This document shows, piece after piece, positions 7,501 through 16,233 of a stretch of 64,000 nt of DNA. A model generated the notes under the pieces. The model searched no databases. It was given only the letters and a program-made list of their open reading frames with translations, and was not told the DNA's origin. The position numbers and the translations under genes were made by a program. Where the stretch lies: contig CAZEXS010000003.1 in NCBI GenBank assembly GCA_964516915.1, forward strand, positions 50,861 to 114,860. Direction: 5' to 3'. Source of the stretch: an uncultured Gammaproteobacteria bacterium (GTDB taxonomy: Bacteria > Pseudomonadota > Gammaproteobacteria > Arenicellales > Arenicellaceae). The first letter of the stretch is position 1. Each line of letters starts with the position of its first letter.

Positions 7501-10203
7501 CTAATGCGCTTTTGCCCAGTTTAGACCGGCATCGGCCTCGACAAGCAGCGGCACATCGAGCTGCGCGACATTTTGCATCAGTTCGCAGACACGGCTTTTA
7601 ACTCGCTCCAAGTCAGGCTCTGGCACCTCGAATACTAATTCATCGTGAACTTGCATAACCATTTTAATGCCAACTTCATCGAGCAACCATTTATCAACTT
7701 CGACCATCGCCAACTTAATGATGTCGGCGGCCGTTCCTTGCATTGGCGCATTTATCGCCGTTCGCTCGGCGTATTGACGCATATTGTGATTTTTAGAGTT
7801 AATATCAGGCAAATATAAGCGCCGCCCAAAAATGGTTTCCACAAAGCCCTTATCACGAGCGGCTTCACGCGTGTTTTCCATGTATTCTTTGACACCCGGA
7901 TAACGATCAAAATAAGCATCTATATAACTCTGAGCTTGCTTGCGAGGCACGTTAATCTGTTTTGATAGACCAAATGCCGACATTCCATAAATCAATCCAA
8001 AATTGACCGCTTTTGCGTGGCGACGCTGCTCATCAAGCACATCCTCCAAAGAAACATCGAATATCTCCGCAGCCGTGGCACTGTGAATATCCAAATTATT
8101 ATTAAACGCATGCACTAAAGCGGCATCTCCAGACAGATGCGCCATAATTCTTAGCTCTATTTGCGAATAGTCCGCCGCCATTATGACAGCACCAGGCTCA
8201 GCAATAAAAGCTTCGCGAATTCTTCGCCCTTCAGCGGTACGAATCGGGATATTCTGTAGGTTCGGCTCGCTTGAAGACAGGCGACCCGTTGCCGCAACCG
8301 CCTGATGGTACGAAGTATGCACACGGCCGGTGCGCGAATTGATCATTGTCGGCAATTTATCTGTGTAAGTAGACTTGAGTTTCCCTAAACTTCTGTGCTC
8401 TAAAATCAAACGAGGTAGCTCGTGTTCAACAGCCAGTTCCTGCAAGACATCTTCGGCTGTTGAAGGTGCGCCTTTTGGGGTCTTTTTCAATACCGGCAAG
8501 CCCATGCGATCATACAGCACCTCTTGAATTTGCTTGGGAGACGCCAAATTAAACTCGCCTTCTGCCAAATCGTAAGCCTTTTGTTCGGCGCTTTGCATAC
8601 TCATCGCCAGCTCCTGGCTTTGCTGTAACAGCATCGTATCATCAATCAGCACGCCGGTATCTTCCATACGCGAAAGCACTGGCACAAGCGGCATTTCTAA
8701 ATCGTTAAACACTCTGTGTAATTTTGGCTTGGCCGTTAAGTCAGACATTATCCGGTGATGAAGTCTCAGCGTTACATCCGCGTCTTCAGCGGCATAGTGA
8801 CCAGCTTTACTCAATTCGACTTTATCAAACGTGACTTGCGCTTTACCCTTACCAGCCACCTCAGTAAATGGTACAGGAGTGTGGCCTAAATATTTTTCCG
8901 ACAATGACCCCATATCATGTCGACTCGCAACACTATCCAACACGTATGATTCGAGCATCGTATCAAAAACCACGCCGTCTAGCGCTATTCCGTAGTTAGC
9001 CAACACACTCATATCATACTTTAAGTTTTGGCCAATTTTGGGCAAAGATCGACTCTCCAATAACGGCTTAAGTTGAGCTAACACCCAGTCTCTATCCAGC
9101 TGCTCGGGCGCATCTGGATAACTGTGGGCAACTGGCACATAAGCGGCATGCCCCGCTTCAACCGCGAACGACACCCCAACCAACTCGGCCTGCTGGGCAT
9201 TCACCGAAGTCGTCTCAGTGTCAAAAGCGAAACCTTCACTGGATTGCAAAACAGCCAACCATCGCTCAAATGATGCTTGATCTAAAACCAATTCATAGTC
9301 GCCAGCCTTAAATTCCGGGATAGACTGTTCGGCCGCCCCTACCAAGGTCTCACCCATTTCAGCAAGCCACTTTTTAAACTGTAAGGTTTGATATATCTCG
9401 ATTAACGCCTCTTTATCCGGTTCACTTTGCTTTAGGTCGGCGAGTGCCACCTCCACATCCATCTCACTGCGGATTGTTACCAGGTCTTTGGATAACGGCA
9501 GCTGTGGAATGAAAGCCCTCAAATTCTCTCCCACTTTGCCACCGATTTTGTCGGCATTCTCGACAATGGCATCCAAGGTTTTATATTCCATAAGCCATTT
9601 TACCGCCGTTTTGGGGCCGACCTTTGGCACACCGGGCACATTGTCTGAGGTATCGCCCATTAAGGCCAAATAGTCGATAATTTGGTCAGGTCGCACCCCG
9701 AATTTTTCAAGTACCCCTGCCTCATCCATGATCACTTTTTTCATGGTATCGATTAAGCTCACTTTGTCGTTGACGATTTGCGCTAAATCTTTGTCTCCAC
9801 TGGCAACTAATACGGACTGGCCTTGTTCGCTGGCCTGCTTGGCATAGGCGCCAATCACGTCATCAGCCTCAACGCCGGGTGTGGCAATCAACGGTATGCC
9901 TAATGCCTTTACGCCCTGGTGTACATATTCAATCTGGCTGCGGAGCTCATCCGGCATTGATGGTCGATTAGCTTTATAATCTGGGTACATCTCATGGCGA
10001 AAGTTTTTACCCTTAGCATCGAAAATCGCCACAATGTTTGAGCTAGGATAATCCAACATCAAGCTTTTAATCATATTCATGATTCCAAAAACCGCACCAG
10101 TGGGCTGTCCGGCGCTGGTTTGCATGCGTTTTAGCTGTGGTACGTAAAACGCGCGGTACATATATGATGAACCATCAATGAGAATTAATTGGGGTTGTTC
10201 CAT
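7501..10203 (-). CDS. polA: DNA polymerase I
   Basis: 900 aa. It has a 5'-3' exonuclease N-terminus (LILIDGSSYMYRAFY), a 3'-5' exonuclease domain (FAFDTETTS) and the polymerase motifs DYSQIELR and QVHDELVFE. Confidence 0.98.
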   Translation of the reverse strand: MEQPQLILIDGSSYMYRAFYVPQLKRMQTSAGQPTGAVFGIMNMIKSLMLDYPSSNIVAIFDAKGKNFRHEMYPDYKANRPSMPDELRSQIEYVHQGVKALGIPLIATPGVEADDVIGAYAKQASEQGQSVLVASGDKDLAQIVNDKVSLIDTMKKVIMDEAGVLEKFGVRPDQIIDYLALMGDTSDNVPGVPKVGPKTAVKWLMEYKTLDAIVENADKIGGKVGENLRAFIPQLPLSKDLVTIRSEMDVEVALADLKQSEPDKEALIEIYQTLQFKKWLAEMGETLVGAAEQSIPEFKAGDYELVLDQASFERWLAVLQSSEGFAFDTETTSVNAQQAELVGVSFAVEAGHAAYVPVAHSYPDAPEQLDRDWVLAQLKPLLESRSLPKIGQNLKYDMSVLANYGIALDGVVFDTMLESYVLDSVASRHDMGSLSEKYLGHTPVPFTEVAGKGKAQVTFDKVELSKAGHYAAEDADVTLRLHHRIMSDLTAKPKLHRVFNDLEMPLVPVLSRMEDTGVLIDDTMLLQQSQELAMSMQSAEQKAYDLAEGEFNLASPKQIQEVLYDRMGLPVLKKTPKGAPSTAEDVLQELAVEHELPRLILEHRSLGKLKSTYTDKLPTMINSRTGRVHTSYHQAVAATGRLSSSEPNLQNIPIRTAEGRRIREAFIAEPGAVIMAADYSQIELRIMAHLSGDAALVHAFNNNLDIHSATAAEIFDVSLEDVLDEQRRHAKAVNFGLIYGMSAFGLSKQINVPRKQAQSYIDAYFDRYPGVKEYMENTREAARDKGFVETIFGRRLYLPDINSKNHNMRQYAERTAINAPMQGTAADIIKLAMVEVDKWLLDEVGIKMVMQVHDELVFEVPEPDLERVKSRVCELMQNVAQLDVPLLVEADAGLNWAKAH

Positions 10204-10215
10204 AGCGTTTCTATT

Positions 10216-10242
10216 TTAGTTTTGGAGGATTAGTTTTGGAGG
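10216..10242. repeat. Two direct copies of ttagttttggagg (14-bp period) just upstream of polA
   Basis: Copies at 10216-10228 and 10230-10242. A third tggaggct lies at 10280-10287. Confidence 0.85.
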
Positions 10243-10550
10243 CTGTTTTTTAGAGACCGCTTTTTTTGAAGACTCGTACTGGAGGCTCAGCAACACTGAC
10301 TCAGAAATATTCACACAATGGCCGTCGACACACTGACACCTAACGCAAGACGCTTGGGCTAAATTGTGACGCCACATTAATGAGCAATATGATACCATGA
10401 TCTGCATGCTCGTTAGACGCATAACGACAAGGTGTAACACGAGGAGCGACAGATAAAATTCGCTCAACTAACCACAATTTAGCAAACCAAATATTTAACG
10501 TTGCAGCCGTTTGTTAAGGGCTAAAGATTAGAGGCTTAAAGGAGAGTGAA

Positions 10551-11003
10551 GTGAAAATGCATAAATTAGCAAATATTGTTGCAACTCTGTACTTAGTGAG
10601 CGTCGCTAGTCACGCTGCAATTGCGCAGACTGCTCCGCCACCATCCTTAGGTGATGAAACCAAAGGAGAAGAAACCAAAAGCGAAGAAATCATTGGCGCA
10701 GCAGTCGAAAATAAAACGCGCACCGCAGCGGACAGTACAAGCAGTACAGAGTCGGAAAATCCTAGCAAATCGTCCACCCCGTCGACCCAAAAAGAGCGTT
10801 CGCTGGCTGACTCATTATTGGGAAATGCCACGATTAAAGAAACACGCCGCGAAAGTGGTCAGCTTTATCGCATTGAATTAGAGCATTCCACGGGAAGTAA
10901 ACAAATTATCGAAGAGAATGACTCAGATGGCCAATTGTCATCTGACGACAATGGTTTGGATGACACCCCGAATTTGACCAAATGGCAACTGCTTTCTTGG
11001 TAA
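10551..11003 (+). CDS. DUF2782-family secreted protein
   Basis: Signal peptide ending HAAIAQ. Core ATIKETRRESGQLYRIELEHSTGSKQIIEENDSDGQL and a C-terminal W-x-L-L-S-W, both typical of DUF2782. The position next to polA matches Pseudomonas. The start could be the GTG at 10551 or the ATG at 10557. Confidence 0.65.
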   Translation: MKMHKLANIVATLYLVSVASHAAIAQTAPPPSLGDETKGEETKSEEIIGAAVENKTRTAADSTSSTESENPSKSSTPSTQKERSLADSLLGNATIKETRRESGQLYRIELEHSTGSKQIIEENDSDGQLSSDDNGLDDTPNLTKWQLLSW

Positions 11004-11428
11004 CACTCATTACTCAACGCTCGCTTTATTGCGGCATCGTGATATTTGTCGCTTGGATGTTGTTTCTAAGTTCCTCAGCACAAGCGCAAATCGAACAAGC
11101 AGAGGTACGCCAAGATCTGAGGCTCTATCGCATCAACAAAGACGGCATCGCCAGTCGATTCTGGTTTACCCGAGGCAAAGCTCGTAAAACCGGTTGCCAG
11201 AACATTCGCAAACGATCACGACTGCATCGCGCCGTACAATTTGGTTACGCAAAATGCTCAATCTATACCAAAAAAGACTGTGCTGCCGACACCATTGTAA
11301 GCTTCACCCGCAAGGATGATTTAACGCCAACCACCGAGCTATTGCAAGGCTATAGCTGGTTTACAGTCAGTGAGCACTCACGAGGCGTTCGCATAAAAAG
11401 TTGGCGTTGCGAAGAAATACCAAGTTAA
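10982..11428 (+). CDS. Hypothetical secreted Cys-containing protein
   Basis: Hydrophobic N-terminus ending SSSAQA and a basic mature part with 4 Cys. It overlaps the preceding gene by 22 nt. I recognise no family. Confidence 0.4.
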   Translation: MATAFLVTLITQRSLYCGIVIFVAWMLFLSSSAQAQIEQAEVRQDLRLYRINKDGIASRFWFTRGKARKTGCQNIRKRSRLHRAVQFGYAKCSIYTKKDCAADTIVSFTRKDDLTPTTELLQGYSWFTVSEHSRGVRIKSWRCEEIPS

Positions 11429-11469
11429 GCCAGCTTAAGCCGAATGAAGGGTAACTTCTAAATAAGACC

Positions 11470-12573
11470 TTACTCAGTGACGTGAGCCAGGGCCAAATAG
11501 TCGTGAGATTGCATTTCCTGCAATCGGCTCATCGTGCGTTCAAATTCAAAAGCATTTCGACTACCCGCGTACAGTTCGATAACCGGCACTTGTGCCGCGA
11601 TTATCAACTTTACATTGTGATCATAAAAAACATCCACTAAATTTATAAACCGTCGAGCTTGATCTTCTTTCAATCGATCCATAACTGGCACGTCTGACAA
11701 TAAAATTGAATGAAAACAGACGGCAAGCTCAATATAATCCGCTTGCGAACGCGGCCCATCACATAGCTCATTAAAGCTAAACCAGATCACCCCATCAGCG
11801 CGCCGGATCGATTGCAATTCGCGCCCTTCAACTTCGATTGTTGCATCGGGCACTCCTTCATCAGGTGCTAGGTGTTCAAAGTTATAGACCATGCCAGCTT
11901 CAGCCGCATCGCCAAGCGGCGTAAAATAGGTCTCAGCTTTGTCTAAGAATCGCAGCCGATAATCAATTCCAGAGTCTATGTTCACGACATCAGTAAACTG
12001 ATAAATCATGTCAATCGCGGGCAGAAATAATTCTCTCTGCAAGCCACCCTTGTACAAAAACTTAGGCTCGACGTTGCTGGTGGCGACTAGACTTACGCCT
12101 TCGGCAAACAGTACTTTCATCAATCGCGCTAAAATAACGGCATCGGCGACATCGTGTACCACAAACTCATCGAAACACAGCACGCGAGTTTCCTTAGCAA
12201 AACGCTTACCGATAATCACCAGAGGGTCTTCTTGATCACGCAACAGCTTTCGTTCGGCGTGCACACGGTGCATAAAACGATGAAAATGCACGCGCATCTT
12301 GCGCTCGAAAGGCAAGCAATCAAAGAATGTGTCCACTAAATAGGTTTTACCACGTCCAACGCCACCCCAAAAATACAAGCCCTGGATGGGCACTTTGGGC
12401 GCACGGCGTTTCAAACCCACCCTACTTAAAAAGCCCTGTTTCTCAGGTTTTTGATTCACCAGTTCATCAAACAAACGTTGAAGATTCTCCACCGCAATTC
12501 GTTGAGCTTCGTCTGGCTCAAAATCTGGCTTGGTCAAATCTTCTTGATAACGCGAAAGTGGGGTATCACTCAT
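11470..12573 (-). CDS. zapE: Cell division protein ZapE (AFG1-like ATPase)
   Basis: Walker A GGVGRGKTYL and Walker B LCFDEF. 367 aa, typical for AFG1/ZapE. Confidence 0.9.
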   Translation of the reverse strand: MSDTPLSRYQEDLTKPDFEPDEAQRIAVENLQRLFDELVNQKPEKQGFLSRVGLKRRAPKVPIQGLYFWGGVGRGKTYLVDTFFDCLPFERKMRVHFHRFMHRVHAERKLLRDQEDPLVIIGKRFAKETRVLCFDEFVVHDVADAVILARLMKVLFAEGVSLVATSNVEPKFLYKGGLQRELFLPAIDMIYQFTDVVNIDSGIDYRLRFLDKAETYFTPLGDAAEAGMVYNFEHLAPDEGVPDATIEVEGRELQSIRRADGVIWFSFNELCDGPRSQADYIELAVCFHSILLSDVPVMDRLKEDQARRFINLVDVFYDHNVKLIIAAQVPVIELYAGSRNAFEFERTMSRLQEMQSHDYLALAHVTE

Positions 12574-12806
12574 AGAGGAGGCAAATTATATGTATCATGA
12601 TCGCAAAAAAGCACCTTCAATTAGACTAAAATAGATCAAATTGGGAAATAACAAAATCTCACAATCTTTGTAGTGCGAGCGCATCATGATTTGTTAAGCT
12701 AACTATTCAAGTTTAACGCATTGTTTAAACGCCAGCGACATAATAGGCATGGAAACTGCAGGTATAAGATGCAGTTTAAAGACACAATCAAACGTTATTA
12801 AAATCG

Positions 12807-13352
12807 ATGGACAATCACAACAGCACCCCAATTATTTTGCCTTACCGGGGCAGAATGCCAATTATTCATAAACAAGCGTTTATTGCGCCTGGGGCATCAA
12901 TCATTGGTGACACAGTCATTGAGGAAAACTCCGGCATTTGGTTCGGCTGTGTGGTTCGCGGCGATGTTAATGAAATTCGTATCGGCAAGCGAACTAACAT
13001 TCAGGATCTGACCATGATTCACTGTGCCGAACAAGGGCAAGGCACTTATATTGGTGACGACATAACGGTGGGTCACAGTGCCGTATTACACGCCTGTACA
13101 ATAGAAGATAATGCGTTCATTGGTATTCAAGCCTGTGTTATGGACGATTGCCTGATCGAAACCGGCGCGATGGTCGCCGCTGGCGCCTTAGTCACCCCCG
13201 GCAATATAGTCAAATCAGGTGAAGTATGGGCTGGTAAACCAGCTAAGAAATTACGCGACATCAATGAAAAAGACTTAGAGTTTTTCGCCATCAATCGCGC
13301 GCGTTATCAGCGCTTAGCCAACGAATACCTAGATGAACAATTCAACGACTGA
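12807..13352 (+). CDS. Gamma carbonic anhydrase-family (hexapeptide repeat, YrdA-like) protein
   Basis: Left-handed beta-helix hexapeptide pattern: FIAPGASIIGDTVIEENSGIWFGCVVRGDVNEIRIGKRTNIQD. Confidence 0.85.
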   Translation: MDNHNSTPIILPYRGRMPIIHKQAFIAPGASIIGDTVIEENSGIWFGCVVRGDVNEIRIGKRTNIQDLTMIHCAEQGQGTYIGDDITVGHSAVLHACTIEDNAFIGIQACVMDDCLIETGAMVAAGALVTPGNIVKSGEVWAGKPAKKLRDINEKDLEFFAINRARYQRLANEYLDEQFND

Positions 13353-13809
13353 AAATCCAAAATCTTTTAGCACTAAACTTTGGTTTTATTGTGCTATTTG
13401 CCTGGCCGTATTTTTATTTGGAGGCATGTTCGCACCCGGTGACTGGTACGATTCACTAAACCGCGCGCCATGGAACCCGCCAAATATCGCCTTTCCCATT
13501 GCTTGGACAATTCTGTACGCCATGATAGCCGTGGCAGGTTATTTTACAGCCAACACACACGACGCCCATTTGTTATACCTTTGGTTTGCTCAGCTGTTTT
13601 TCAACGCTATATGGTCTTGGGTATTTTTTGGTCAACAATGGATTTTCATCGGACTAATCAACTTAGTCATACTGACCTTATTGGTAGCCTATTTTATGTT
13701 CCGCAGCCTTCGCCAACCTAAAAAGCTGATCACATGGCTTATGGCGCCCTATTTTGGCTGGCTCTGTCTAGCGACCAGCCTTAACCTTTATATCTATTTC
13801 CATAATTGA
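13333..13809 (+). CDS. tspO: TspO/MBR tryptophan-rich sensory protein
   Basis: Five TM segments and W-rich motifs (PWNPPNIAFPIAWTILY, FNAIWSWVFFG). Overlaps the upstream gene by 20 nt. Confidence 0.85.
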   Translation: MNNSTTENPKSFSTKLWFYCAICLAVFLFGGMFAPGDWYDSLNRAPWNPPNIAFPIAWTILYAMIAVAGYFTANTHDAHLLYLWFAQLFFNAIWSWVFFGQQWIFIGLINLVILTLLVAYFMFRSLRQPKKLITWLMAPYFGWLCLATSLNLYIYFHN

Positions 13810-14159
13810 AGTATTTTGTTAAAACGACAGTGAAATATCAGTTTTTTTGTCTTTATATGCATTAAACTACAAATTTAATCAAAACGGCTTGCTAAGAAAG
13901 CTTGATGCAAGATTGAGTTAGGGGTGTTAATTTTTATTCTACGACGTTTATTTTGATGGAGAATGCATGTAGGTTGACAAAAAGAATACGCATGGCTTTA
14001 CAGCAACTCTTTGTTATTAAAATTACAGTTAGTCATCAAGGCACTTAATTACATTGAATGTCTGTATAAAAGCCAAACGATAGCTACTTAGGCCAATACC
14101 ATTAAACAAGTACGCATTAGATACATTGCTTCGAACCTTTTATATTCTAGGAGTTTTTC

Positions 14160-15176
14160 ATGTCGACGATTCGCTCAACTATTCTTTCCGCATCAATCCT
14201 ATTTTCGACATTACTCTCTACTCCAGCCGCCGCTCAGCTTGATCCACAAAGGTTTCTGCCACCTATCATAGCCTTGATTTTGTTTGAACATGAAGAATTT
14301 AGTTGCCCCGAGAGTGTAGCCGAAGGCCAGATAGTAACAGGTGATCAGAACATCAGCAGTCAAATGCAATTAGACCTTTTAGATGGCGTTACTCAGATCG
14401 ATGGCTCTCTGAATTTTTCACTTAGCATAGCAACTAATTATGATCTAACACCGCTTCGCTCATTATTGGAAGTCACGGGATCAGTAAACATTCAAAATAC
14501 GCAACTCACCGAGATGACCGGCTTTGGCTGCCTTACCTCTATCGGTGGCGACATTAATGTGTCTGGAAACCTGCAATTGGAAACCCTCACGGCCTTCGAC
14601 GCACTCGCCTCTCTACTGGGTGAAATCGTAATTTCTGGCAATGATGATCTAACCCGCATTCCTGAGTTTGATGCATTAACAACTTTATCCGGTGACTTAA
14701 TAATCGATTCGAACAATGAACTAGCAAGCATCAATGGTTTTGCATCGCTTGCCTCCATTCAAGGCGACCTGCAGATTGTTAGCAATGCCGCATTGACCGA
14801 CTTTTCAGGGTTTGCAGTATTATCAAGCGTTCAAGGTGAATTGGCAATTCTATCCAACAACTCCATCACAAACCTTTCGGGATTTGACGCTCTAATAAGC
14901 GCTGGCGATGTCACAATAGGCTCTAATCCTGCAGTATTGACCATTAGCGCGCTCACTTCTTTAAACGCCATCAGCAATGATCTCACCATTTTGAACAACT
15001 CTAGTTTGACGGAAATTTCTGGGTTTGACTTATTAACTTCAGAGGGAGTTTCCGGCGACTCTTTGATCGTTTTTAACGTTGAGTATGATTGTACAAACCC
15101 GGCTCCAACTTTTTCCCCTGTAACCACATCCACCGGTAATTTTATGGATTGTGTAACTTCCAGTGATGCTGGCTAA
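14160..15176 (+). CDS. Secreted protein made of about 9-10 tandem 23-24-residue leucine-rich (receptor L-domain-like) repeats
   Basis: Signal peptide ending TPAAAQ. Repeats have the form GDLxIxSNxxLxxLxGFxxLxSI, for example GDLIIDSNNELASINGFASLASIQ / GDLQIVSNAALTDFSGFAVLSSVQ / GELAILSNNSITNLSGFDALISA. Confidence 0.7.
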   Translation: MSTIRSTILSASILFSTLLSTPAAAQLDPQRFLPPIIALILFEHEEFSCPESVAEGQIVTGDQNISSQMQLDLLDGVTQIDGSLNFSLSIATNYDLTPLRSLLEVTGSVNIQNTQLTEMTGFGCLTSIGGDINVSGNLQLETLTAFDALASLLGEIVISGNDDLTRIPEFDALTTLSGDLIIDSNNELASINGFASLASIQGDLQIVSNAALTDFSGFAVLSSVQGELAILSNNSITNLSGFDALISAGDVTIGSNPAVLTISALTSLNAISNDLTILNNSSLTEISGFDLLTSEGVSGDSLIVFNVEYDCTNPAPTFSPVTTSTGNFMDCVTSSDAG

Positions 15177-15217
15177 TAAATAACAACTCAAAAAAGCATA
15201 GAAACGCAGACACAAAA

Positions 15218-15246
15218 AAGCAGCGCTGTTGGTCGCTGCTTATTCG
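15218..15246 (-). terminator. Strong intrinsic terminator on the minus strand (may also serve the plus-strand LRR gene)
   Basis: The minus strand reads aagcagcg-accaacag-cgctgctttttt. On the plus strand the same hairpin follows the 14160 gene but has only a weak T-tract (ttatt). Confidence 0.7.
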
Positions 15247-15557
15247 TATGGTAAGTTGATTCGCCACCTGTCAATCCATTGACGGGCTTAAATCATCAAC
15301 TTAGCCCCCCAGCTACGCATCTTCCCTTGGAACAAGATTTATTAGATAAACCTAAATCACAAGATCAATATAAATGTTAGTTTCGTGAAAGAACATACCT
15401 CATCAGGGGGATATTTCCAGATATTCGGCTATTTACATACCTAACCAAGGCCTAAATTAAGCAAATTGTTGATAAATAGGCTTTGGGCTATTTGCCTCAT
15501 CGGCCAACACACCTGTTAACACAACCGTCAGACGAACTTTCACAAAGGCAAAGAAAA

Positions 15558-16106
15558 CTAGATGAGTTTGGCCCTAAATCGTGCAGCAGCCTCATTATTC
15601 CCTAGCGCTTCATAGGCATTCGCCATCAAATACCAATTTCGGCGCCTTAGTTGCTCATTAGAGCCCGACAGAGTATTGGATTTAGCGGCGACTTGAATCG
15701 CCCCGCGCCAGTCTTTTTGATCAAACTTTATTTCGGCTAAGGTTGACCAGAGTTGTGCGTTTCTCGGCTCAATTCTCAACGCTCGCTCCATTGAGCTATT
15801 GGCGGCGTCCCACTGGTTTGCTCTACGCTGCCTTTGCGCCGACGCCATCAACTTTGACACCACCGGCGAAGCTCGAACTGGCTCATCGAGTGTCTCAACC
15901 TGAAATGACGGCTGTTCTGGCAGCGGCAGAGCTTTACCATCAACAATCACTCGGTCTTCCACCTCCACCGCTACCGGTTCAGACTGATCGTTAGGTCCAA
16001 TAGTTGTGGCACAACCGGCTAAGCCGCTTATCAACAATATGACTAGCGCTTGCTTTGATGTCTTAATCTTCGGGGCAGACTGTTCTGCTATTTGGATTGT
16101 CGGCAT
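15558..16106 (-). CDS. lpoP: TPR lipoprotein, LpoP-like candidate PBP1B activator
   Basis: Lipobox LISGLAGC, a disordered linker, then C-terminal TPRs (MERALRIEPRNAQLWSTLAEIKFDQKDW). It lies immediately downstream of mrcB, matching the P. aeruginosa ponB-lpoP arrangement. Confidence 0.6.
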   Translation of the reverse strand: MPTIQIAEQSAPKIKTSKQALVILLISGLAGCATTIGPNDQSEPVAVEVEDRVIVDGKALPLPEQPSFQVETLDEPVRASPVVSKLMASAQRQRRANQWDAANSSMERALRIEPRNAQLWSTLAEIKFDQKDWRGAIQVAAKSNTLSGSNEQLRRRNWYLMANAYEALGNNEAAARFRAKLI

Positions 16107-16233
16107 ATGAGATCTAACTAGATTAAAAGTGGGTCGTAGGTATTAGATAAATGAAATCCAAACATATTAGTTTAAAAACCATTTTCCCGTTTGAGGCCAG
16201 ATCGTTTCAATTAGACTCGCGTTGGAGTAAAGG

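Noticed and set aside
10216-10467. 83-aa Cys-rich minus-strand ORF upstream of polA
   Set aside because: There is no SD and no recognisable fold, and it spans the polA/DUF2782 divergent promoter region. I treat it as non-coding.
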